A stretch of 64,000 bases of DNA. Origin: Octopus vulgaris. Lineage: Eukaryota. Positions 53,780 through 64,000 of the stretch are shown one piece after another; within the stretch, counting starts at the first letter, position 1; each line of letters begins with the position of its first letter. The position numbers and the translations under genes are program-made. Under the pieces are notes generated by a model. It did no database searches. It was not told where the DNA came from and saw only the letters and a list, made by a program, of their open reading frames with translations. Location: positions 56,048,001 through 56,112,000 of the forward strand of contig OX597816.1 in assembly GCA_951406725.2 (NCBI GenBank). The letters are read 5' to 3'.

Positions 53780-54590
53780 GCATGTACGACTCTCCTATTA
53801 TTATAATCTTCCACTGAGGATGGAGCTAGTTTCCTGCAAAGATTCAAGGCTCCATTTTTGGTATGTAGTTAACACAGACAAATTCACATTTGGAACTCGA
53901 GAAAAGTCTTGCATACTTATATTGTTCCACTCACAGATTGCACTTGTAATATACGAATCAGCCGGCCAATTTCTCTTTCTCAAAATCCCAATTTATCCAG
54001 ATTCTCCTTTAAGCATTTACTAACAAAACCTAGTGCTACAATTATTACTGGTATGAATATGAATCCATAGTCTGGATACAGAAGCTGGAGGTTTCAAAGC
54101 AGTTGTCCATATATATCTTCTTTTCTTTGATTTTTAAGGAGATATTTATATCTGCAGGGCAGTGACCTCTATGAGCGTACATTTATATATTTATTCCTAC
54201 TGCTGTTGTCTAGCAGGTGTTGCCTGAGTGATACTGTACGGCATTCGAAGGTCCTTATCTCAGGTCTCTACCACCTTCATTTCTTCTTAGATAGAGCCTG
54301 TCAACATCACTGTTTCTAGTGGAAGTTCCCAGTTGTCAGGATTTTGCAGGTTTTAATATTTATAGAGTGAATTACCTCTACAGACCAATCAAGTATCACA
54401 AATACTGCAAATGCATTGTGGGTTATTGTTTTGTGGCAAGAGGAGAGTTCCGACTGCCATATTTTTCCTGGGTCTTGTATAATATTCTCGGGTCACTCTA
54501 TCTTTATTCACAGTTTCTTCATGTAATACATTTCCGTCTATGCCTAAGTACTTGTAACATTCTTTGTGTGGAATGGGAGCGATAGAGAGA
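53780..54590 (-). mobile_element. RLE-type LINE family C-related copy, internally deleted
   Basis: YKYLGI..EYY, DVDRLYL.R.EGGR, then IYGQLL.NLQLLYPDY..IP.I..ALG..LQVQSVSGT. The 3' end abuts (CATA)n on its own strand. Confidence 0.75.
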
Positions 54591-54620
54591 ACGTTGATGC
54601 ACGTCAACAATATCAACATC

Positions 54621-55020
54621 AGTGGAGGTGCAATGGCCCAGTGGTTAGGGCAGCGGACTCGCGGTCGGAGGATCGCGGTTTCCATTCCCAGACTGGGCGT
54701 TGTGTGTGTTTATTGAGCAAAAATACCTAAAGCTCCACGAGGCTCCGGCAGGGGGGGGGGAGTGGCGACCCCTGTTGTACTCTTTCGCTCCGACTTTCTC
54801 TCACTCTTTCTTCCTGTTTCTTGTCCCCGACTTCCTACGCAACAGCTGAGCCTGGATGCGCATTCATTCATCCGTCAATGCTCTCGGTGTCGGGGGTTGA
54901 TCTGCTTTCTCTTCTGCGGGTCTTACGAATAGCAAAGGACCACGTTTCGGACTTCTACCACTACAGATATGGAACGAAGACCGCTTCGCTCAACAAACAA
55001 GCAAACAAGCAACATCAACA
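54621..55020 (+). mobile_element. tRNA-derived SINE (family 4) with AAAC-rich tail
   Basis: TGGCCCAGTGGTTAGGGCAGCGGACTCGC..GGTTTCCATTCCC A/B-box-like head, GC-rich body, AACAAACAAGC tail. Confidence 0.7.
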
Positions 55021-55245
55021 ACAGGGTATTTTTGTGTGTATATATGTACTATGTAAATATATGCGAGTGTATACTTTTGTGTGTGAGTGTGTATATGAAT
55101 GAGTATGAATGTGTATGAACATGTGTATGTGTGTGCGCACCTGTTCGCACAAATAATGCAAGCATATATTTATATGCTTGCATTATTCGAGCGAACATTC
55201 ATACGTACGCTTGTACTCATAGGTAAATCTATCAAAATATGTGTG

Positions 55246-55293
<48 letters not shown>

Positions 55294-55368
55294 TGTATGT
55301 GTGCCTGTATATATATATATATGTATACATATATATATGAATATTCATTAATATATATATATATATAT

Positions 55369-55427
<59 letters not shown>

Positions 55428-55489
55428 CATGTAAATATATCATTCGTATATAAATTGCATACTTATTTCATATATTTATATGCCACCAT

Positions 55490-55520
<31 letters not shown>

Positions 55521-55575
55521 CACGTACAAACAAACACACCAACACGCACACACATTTACACATATATGCATACAT

Positions 55576-55643
<68 letters not shown>

Positions 55644-55687
55644 ACATATATGTATATATATGCATATATGTATGTATAACTATATAT

Positions 55688-55740
<53 letters not shown>

Positions 55741-56174
55741 TCACCGTATCCATACAAATCTACCTGCGTAAACGTGCATTAAATGGCTTCTCCAGGTGGC
55801 CCCATACATCATCGGAAAGATACATTATTATTATCGCCAGCTTCAACGTAGCAAGCGATTTATCAAACTGCAAGGTTTCTCCGACACTCTTGTTTTATTC
55901 GTCGGGTGACAAACGAATAGATTTGCCAGCTCCATTGGATCCCAATATCCTCGAGAACACACACCTCTTATTATATATGATCATCCTACAGATATCAGTG
56001 TTGTTTTTGTTGCTGTTGGCGTTGGCGTCGTTATATATAAATAAACGGAATGATTTATTGCTCCATCAAAATGACGTCCACTCGAGCAGCGCATATGTTG
56101 TGTTTCTATTACGTAACAACAGAGTAGTGTTGGTTCAGCCCAGCTCTTATGCTTGCGTCTGTCATTAGTTGTGG

Positions 56175-56572
56175 CTATTGATGATGGTGATGATGATGGT
56201 GATGATGTTGATGATGATGGTGATGGTAGTGATAAGGCTGACGATGATGATCAAGACAAAGGCGACAACAATGACGCTGATGACGACGATGATGATGATG
56301 CTGAGTAGTGGGAGGAAGAGAAAAAGGATGATGAGGATAAAGATGATGGTGATGACTACCCCACGACCACTACGGTGATGACAAGGAGGAAGCAGGGAGG
56401 AGGAGGAAGCAGAGAGGAGGAAGAAGCTGGGAGGAGGAGGAAGAAGCAGGGACGAGGAGGAGGACCATAAGGATGATGATGATGATGATGACGACGACGA
56501 CAACGAAGGCGATGACGATGCTGATTGATGATGGTGATGATGCTGGTGATGATGACGAGGATGATGAGGATT
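56175..56572. repeat. Degenerate (GAT)n/(GAG)n trinucleotide array
   Basis: Seen directly. Confidence 0.9.
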
Positions 56573-57139
56573 AACGCTACGCCATTTCTCATAGCCCAAC
56601 TCCATGGCTATCAACGCTCCAGCCATGACCATCCAGACCTATATTTCACACAGTTTAAATAAAACACTTCATTCAATGTATCACCTTTCACCTAACGGTC
56701 TCTTGGTATCATTTGACGCAAAATTGGCTGGTGTTTCTAGCACGTGAATTTTCTCATGCCTTTTGTGTGTGTGTGTGTGTGTGTGTGCATGTATATTTAG
56801 ATGCGTTTGCTTGTGTGTGTGCGCGCAAACACCTGTGTGTATGTGTATGTGCGTGTGTATGTGTGTGTATGTGTATGTATACTTACATATATACATATAC
56901 ACATACACGCAAAAAATACCTGCACATATATTCGCACACGCACATACACATTCATATATATATGTGTGTATATGAGCGTGTGTGTGTATGCGCGCGCGCT
57001 CACGTTTGTCTGTGCGTAAGTGTGTATGCCGAATGGGGGGGGGAAGAAGTGACAGGTTTCCGTCCCCGCCTCAGATGTTGTCTGTCACACTTGAAAAGCA
57101 AAATAGCTTTTGATGTTTTGTATATTAAAGTATTTCATT

Positions 57140-57561
57140 AGAGGAAAGAGAAGAAGAAGAAGAAAAAGAAGAAGAAGAAGAAGAAGAAGAAGAAGAAGAA
57201 GAAAAAGAAGAAGAAGAAGAAGAAGAAGAAGAAGAAGGGAAGAAGAAGAAGGAGAAGAAGAAGAAGAAGAAGAAGAAGAAGAAGAAGAAAAAGGGGAAGA
57301 AGAAGAAGAAGAAAAGGGGAAGACGAAGAAGAAAAGGGGAAGAAGAAGAAGAAGAAGAAAAGAAGAAGAAGAAGAAGAAGAAGAAGAAGAAGAAGAAGAA
57401 AAGGGGAAGAAGAAGAAGGAGGAGAAGAAGAAAAAGGGGAAGAAGAAGAAGGAGGAGAAGAAGAAAAGGGGAAGAAGAAGAAGAAGAAAGAAGAAGAAAA
57501 AGAAGAAAAAGAAGAAGAAGAAGAAGAAGAAGAAGAAGAAGAAGAAGAAGAAGAAGAAGAA
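57140..57561. repeat. About 420-bp almost pure polypurine (GAA)n array
   Basis: Seen directly; interrupted by AAAGGG variants. Confidence 0.95.
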
Positions 57562-57800
57562 TGTTTAAGGAACGAGTGAGTATACGATTCTATGGGGGGA
57601 TTAAGAAGGCAGGAAGAGTTTGAGACAGGATGGAGGTGCAAGTGACGGAGGAAGTGGCGGAGGGGGAGATTGTATTTGGATATTTGGCATTATACGGTGC
57701 CATCCGTTCTGGTGTCTGTGTAACTTTCAATGACAAAGTCTGGTACAACACCTCTCACATTTTTCCAGATCTATATCTCTGCAGATCTTCCCCGCATACG

Positions 57801-58310
57801 CAGGGTGGGTGAAAAGTAAGTAGGCATTAAAAAGTGGTAATAAAATTCATATTCCTTTTACAAATTTATTGAAACACATTATACATTTTCTTTATTACAT
57901 GGAAATTTTTATATTTCAACATAAGCATCGGTGGCGTCAGAAAGTTTCCTCAAAGAGCCAGGGATGGAATGAAAAACCTTCTGAAGCACCTCGTATAGGA
58001 TATCGTTGAGAACCTCCTGAATCCGTGTCTCCAACTCCTCCCGTGTGCGAAGTACTGTCTTGTACACCTGTTTTGTGTAATCCCTCAGGTAAAAATCACA
58101 TGGAATGAGATCTGGACTGCTTGGAGTTGTGGACTTCTGGACTTCTGCGTTCACAGTCTTCAGGGCTTAGATCCTGCACGTAATGGGGTTTCCACGGAAG
58201 AAAATTCAATTCTTTATGCAACATTGTACGTATTGCATGTCTTGTTCGTCCACTTTCACGAGCTGCTTAACGCGTTGATTCTTGCGGGATGCGATTAAAC
58301 ATTTCCTGCA
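57801..58310 (-). mobile_element. Tc1/mariner-superfamily (DD37D-like) fossil
   Basis: SSPDLIPCDFYL..K..VY..TREELETRI motif; TIR-like CAGGGTGGGTGAAAAGT at 57801. Confidence 0.65.
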
Positions 58311-58820
58311 CTGTTGCCACGATGTCTGCTGATCGGAATGTGGTTGGACGGCCACTTCTTCACGCATCGTTCACAGAGCCCGTGGTCATCAGCTTTGCAT
58401 GACAATTTTTGTTGTCTCCGGACATTTGTGTTACATGCTTTCTTTTTCATGCACGCAACCATCTCTGAAGCAAAACAATGGAATACACACACACACGCAC
58501 ACACATACATATGTGTGTGTGTGTACATATATATTATATACATATAATTATTTATTGGATTTATATATATATATCTATATATATATATATGATTAATAAT
58601 ATCAGGGTAATAAAAAATTTAAGTGGTAGTAAAAAAGAGTGGTAGTAAAAAAAAGAGGTATCCGTCATAGAATTCCTTCTAGCGTGCAAGGAATCCTATG
58701 ACGGATACTTCTTATGTGTTTAAATGTACACTGTATTTATATATATAAATGTGACCGTGTATGTACCGTTGGCGATTTTTTTCCTCCGTCTTCCCTTCTC
58801 TGGATCTTTCCTTTTCCTAT

Positions 58821-58855
58821 GTTTCTGACGAAGAGCTCCGCTCGAAACGTAAGAC
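58821..58855 (+). ncRNA. Minimal type I hammerhead motif in a Penelope-like tail
   Basis: GUUU-CUGACGA-AGAGC-UCC-GCUC-GAAA-CG-UA-AGAC. A T-rich tail then runs into (TA)n at about 58960. Confidence 0.7.
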
Positions 58856-58954
58856 CCTCCTTCTTCGCTTCCTTCCTGCGCGTCCAATAGTACTATATTT
58901 GTTCCACGTCCTCACGTTGTTGTATTTTCTCTTTGTGTTTTCATGTTTGAATTA

Positions 58955-58985
<31 letters not shown>

Positions 58986-58989
58986 TAAG

Positions 58990-59316
58990 CTGGCACACCG
59001 TCGGTTAAGATGACGAGGGCTCCAGTTAATCCGATTAACGGAACAGCCTACTGGTGAAATTAACGTGCAAGTGACTGAGCACTCCACAGACACGTGTACC
59101 CTTAACGTTGTTCTCAGGGAGATTCAGCGAGACATAGAGTATGACAAGACTGGCTCTTTGAAATACAGGTACTACTATTCATTTTTGCCAGCTGAATGGA
59201 CTGGAGCAACGTGAAATAAAGTGTCTTGCTCAAGGACACAACGCATCGCCGGGAATTGAACGCACGACGTTATGATCGTGAGTCGAGTACCCTAACCATG
59301 AAACCACGCGCCTTCA
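58990..59316 (-). mobile_element. tRNA/CORE-like SINE family 3
   Basis: tRNA head plus TGTGTCCTTGAGCAAGACACTT. Other copies at 61510-61830 (+) and 39525-39697 (+, 3' half). Confidence 0.8.
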
Positions 59317-59342
59317 CACACATACACACACACACACACAAT

Positions 59343-60125
59343 AATGGGAACATTTTAAACAAATTTATTTTAATAGAATTCAAGCAGTAATTACAACCTT
59401 TGGCAGTAATTACTGCTTAGATTCTACAAGGTATGGACTCGTACTAAGTTTCCAAAGGAATTTTTGTCCATTCTTCAGCTGAAGCAGTCTCCAGTTCTTG
59501 TAGTGATGATGGTGGAGGATATCGACTCCTTACTTGATTTTCTAAAATGCACCAAAAATGTTCAATAATATTGAGATCTGGGGAGTGTGGTGGCCAGATA
59601 AGATGTTCAACTTTACTAGAATATTCCTCGTAATATTCAATAACAATTTTAGCTGTGTGAGTTGGTGCATCGTTATCCTGAAAGGTTGCGTTTCCCTCCG
59701 GAAAAAGTTCCGCAGCCATAGGATGAATTTGATGAGATAAAATGCTTAAATAGACTTGACTATTAGTTCTGCCACGAAGATAAACCACTAGGCCGTCGGA
59801 TTTCCTCCCTAGTTAATCACAGATCCTCCTCTATTTTTAACAGTTGCAAGAAGGCTGTCTGGATCAAATACTTCTTTAGCTTGTCTCCACAGGTATACTC
59901 GGATGGTGGTCGGAAATAACGTACAGGATGACTCGTCCGAGAAAATAACATTCTTCCACTGCTCCGTGAACCAATTTTGTAGGTTTTTACTTCACTCTAA
60001 GCGGTTTTCTGATTGCAGCCCTCCCATGAAATCCGGTTTTGCGGAGCTCCCAGTGAACTGTTTTTATGAAAACTGGGTTCTCGAGGTGGTCATTAAGCTC
60101 TGCAGTAATTTAATAAACACACATC
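59343..60125 (-). mobile_element. Tc1 transposase fossil
   Basis: VIFSDES, FQDNDAPTH, WPPHSPDLNIIEHFW (DD34E-type). Confidence 0.85.
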
Positions 60126-60223
60126 TGTCACACCATATGTTTGCATTCTGTTTAATATAGTATTTATATGTGCTAATGCTGTCGCATTGCTCTCTCTTTC
60201 TATACACACACACACACACACAC

Positions 60224-60415
<192 letters not shown>

Positions 60416-61061
60416 GTTTATCTAATAATATTGCGAGACAGTCACCTCCACACCTTATACACTGCACATTATTGTCTCACGAGAGATCTCTGTGCAAATT
60501 TTGCCGCCAGACATAAAATGGTTTAACTGACGATGTCTAACTCACCAAGATATCATGTTTCCAGCAACAGATTGTAATTAACTGCAAACAATATGAATAA
60601 TTGTAAACAGATAAGAATTCTCTTATAAAGTGCACGTTTCCAGCCAAATATTTAAGTTAACGAACGAAAACACATTTCTCTTCACTTCTGTTTGATTAAG
60701 TAACATGGTGATCTAAAGACAGAGAGAGAGAGAGAGGGAGAAGAGAGAAAGGGAAAGAGACAGAGGAAGAGAGAGAGAGGGGGGAAGAGAGTAGATTGGC
60801 TCTTGTATTGTGCAGTCGTGAAGAAATCCTGCAAGTTTTCTACAATCAACATTGATTTGTCTTATAAATATTATAACTGCTGCCAACAACAACGATATGC
60901 AACTCGAATACAATACAACTAAAACGTCGTCGTGTTTTTGTCTGTGTGTAAACACACACGATGTAATATATTTAAATAAGCATTGTTATTTACACCTTTC
61001 CCCCTCTCAAACTGGAATTGCTATTAATTTAATCCAAGCACAACACATATATATATGTATG

Positions 61062-61111
<50 letters not shown>

Positions 61112-61138
61112 GGTATATATATATATATTTATGATATA

Positions 61139-61169
<31 letters not shown>

Positions 61170-61264
61170 TTATGGTATATATATATATATTTATGATATA
61201 TATATATATATATATATTTATGTATATTTATATTTATGATATATATTTATAATATATATATATT

Positions 61265-61370
<106 letters not shown>

Positions 61371-61509
61371 TATACGTGAGTGAGTCAGATGCTGTGGCGT
61401 TCGTTCTTTATCCAAGAACAATGGGTCTCAAAATGATTTACAAAGACGGCAGAACCTATAGTCATATTTACCAGACCACCCCTTCCAAGCCCCTAACTTC
61501 AAGACATCC

Positions 61510-61830
61510 AATGAGATGTAGCTTAGTGACCTGGGTATTCGACACACGACAGTATGGCCGTGAGTTCGATTCACTGTGGCACGTCGTGTCATTGAGCAAC
61601 ACACATTTTTCTCGTTACTCCAGTCCACTCGACCGGCTAAAAGGAGTAGTACCTCTATTTCAAAGTGCCAGCCATTTCACACTGTGTCTCACGCTGAATC
61701 ACTCCCGAGAACTTGGATAAGGTTATGCGTGACCATTGAGTCCCCAGCCTTTTGCGCGTTAATTTCACGAGCTGGCTGTTCCGGTGTTCGGATCAACAAG
61801 AACCCTTGTTGTCGTATCCAATGAAGAGCC
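61510..61830 (+). mobile_element. SINE family 3 copy (diverged)
   Basis: Homologous to the reverse complement of 58990-59316. Confidence 0.7.
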
Positions 61831-62520
61831 AAACAACGGAGCAAACGCTGGTTTTGACAATGGGTCACATCATTGTTTACTTGTTTCCCTCATTAGACTG
61901 CGACCTTGCTGGGGCACCACTGTGAAACATTTTAGTCGAACAAATCAACTCCAGTACCGTCGACCAACATGCTAGATATAAGAAATAATCTCTATCAAAT
62001 TATATAGATCTTCTGATCAAATGAATGACGCACGCGACATATTTGTGGATATAGAAAAAAAATCGGCTTGGATAAGAATGTCCATAGGTTCATTCAAGTG
62101 GGGCTGATTAGGGGCCGATCAACATCAGAAAAACTCCGCAACGATAACAACTTTAGGTTTCTCTCAGTTTCTGGAGACAAAGGAGACAGCTAGAAGAATA
62201 TTGTAAAATAAAGAACAGCAGGACGAGTTTGAGGAATGGAGAATGTGAGGAGAATATGTTCCGTAGTATGGATCGATAGTCGAGGGTGTATAAACTGTAA
62301 TGCAGTGGGATGACTGAAAGTGTGAGGTGTAAGGAACATGTTCCAGTCAAGAAGACCATTTATTTCGCTGTGATATCAATTTGTCGATTTTCTACAATAA
62401 AAGGTATCCATTAATTAGATAATGTAGTCATTAATATAACTTTGACAGACTGGATAGTCATGTTTGGAAAGCCTTCGATCATACGTATACTCAATTAAGA
62501 TAGTCTTATACAGTAGTCAG

Positions 62521-62551
<31 letters not shown>

Positions 62552-64000
62552 TTATATAAGTGATTGGTTGTCCGTTAGATATTGAACCGGAATTCTCTAT
62601 TCCGTTCCCCATGGAAAATATCCGAGTGGCTATCAACGTCTAGCGTTCAATATTGCCTGTAGTCTTCTTCAACTTTCTTACCTTCCAGGACCCATACAAT
62701 AATTGCCCTTAACATACATATATTTATAGGTGTGTACATTTATATTTAGCCCGTCCGTATTTACTCAAACGTGGCAATACATTCTCTGCGAGAGTTCCCT
62801 GAAGAGAAATTCTCCTTAAAGACATTGTGGGCGGAAAAAAAAAAACACCACTGTGCTACGTGCTTCTGCATCGCTACGCTTCATCAGCTACAGACGTTGA
62901 ATTCATCATTGACAACCGTTTTTGCACGTAAGAAACAAATAAAACATTTGCACTGTTTTGTGCCAAAATTTTGTCAAGTTAGAACTAACTGGAGTCAGTT
63001 TGTGAAATCATAAAAAAAATAATTAAATCCTTTATTAATTCTTTATCTAAGGGCATTGGATAACACACGCGGTAGAATGGTAGGCAGAAGGTATCAGTAG
63101 ATTATCTCCCTTATATGGATTAACAGAGCAATTCGAGGTAGTGTTTCATCACTCGTAGCCAGATAGATGAATCAAATGGCGGTGGTGGATTACTACACTT
63201 ATATTAACGGATAAAATTATTGTTCTGTTACTACTGGACTGAGATAAGCTGCTGGTCAACGTGTTGACAGTGGATTACGCCCTTACAGAAACCTGCCATC
63301 AAAATCTCTTATAATATTAAATTTACCATTTGTGTTGGATATTTGTTTAGAATCTCCTAGAATTTTTGTTCACCTCCTTGGGATCAATGAAATGACTATT
63401 AAGTAAATGACACAGTTATGGCTGCACGTTTAAGAAATGTGCTATGCAACCACGTGGACTCGTGTTCAATCCCAGCGTATGTCATTATGAGGTTATTAGG
63501 CTGATAAACTTCATCTGTTGCCCCTGTTTAGCAACTATGTTGCCTTTGGATATTTTAAGGGTTATTTCCTCATTCAGATTATTTCTGTCTGAGAAAGTAG
63601 GTTTCGTCTTTCTCTGAGTTATCTGGAATACATGTAAACGGTTCCGGGGCACAATCATGCAAAATTAAATACACTGAGGTAGCTATAGTTGATTGTCCCT
63701 ACTCTATGTGAGACCACATTATAAATTTTTATAAAACATTGTTTTCCTAAATATGGATTGCGACCCGATAAACTTGTATCCAGGGACTCGGGTCGTGGTC
63801 TAGTCAACACTGAAAACCGAAAGCAATGCCAGAAATAGAGCATTCAACGTTTCAGACAGAAACTTTGATCATGTCTAAGATGACAGGAAAGGAAAATAGA
63901 AAAGAGAGCAGTTTTAATCCTTTGTGTTTACTGCTCCAACCAATGGGGAACGCAAAGCAACATGAGGTTCATACATCGAAAGGAATTGCTAGGCTATAGA

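Noticed and set aside
57110-57641. Arg/Glu/Lys-rich or Ser/Phe-rich ORFs
   Set aside because: Translations of the (GAA)n array.

Overview
Eukaryotic, AT-rich, microsatellite- and transposon-dense genomic DNA whose repeat style (tRNA-derived SINEs with internal (TA)n(TG)n, R4/Dong and RTE LINEs, Penelope remnants) suggests a cephalopod such as Octopus; the organism is an inference. One host gene can be assembled on the + strand from four phase-compatible coding exons (3180-4729, 35003-35244, a 26-nt micro-exon 38812-38837, 47598-47840; 686 aa). It encodes a type I membrane protein of the carboxylesterase/cholinesterase fold that keeps the nucleophile Ser (GESSG) but appears to have lost the catalytic His and Glu, followed by a stalk, one TM helix and a PDZ-ligand-like C-terminus (-ITKF). 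The rest is TE debris: at least three RLE-type (R4/Dong-like) LINE families, RTE, Tx1/L1-like, CRE-like and Penelope-like fragments, mariner/Tc1/Tigger fossils, a non-autonomous Helitron, a Helentron-type element and several SINE families. Most notable non-coding signals: (i) several type I hammerhead ribozyme motifs in short elements inside (TA)n arrays, one on the sense strand about 126 nt upstream of exon 2 with an 82-bp upstream antisense copy that could lock it; (ii) LINE families apparently partitioned by microsatellite, (TAA)n versus (CATA)n; (iii) an RTE LINE tail encoding three tandem zinc fingers; (iv) several long intronic hairpins. Nearly all short ORFs in the track are microsatellite artefacts. 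Repeat boundaries were read by eye and are approximate.
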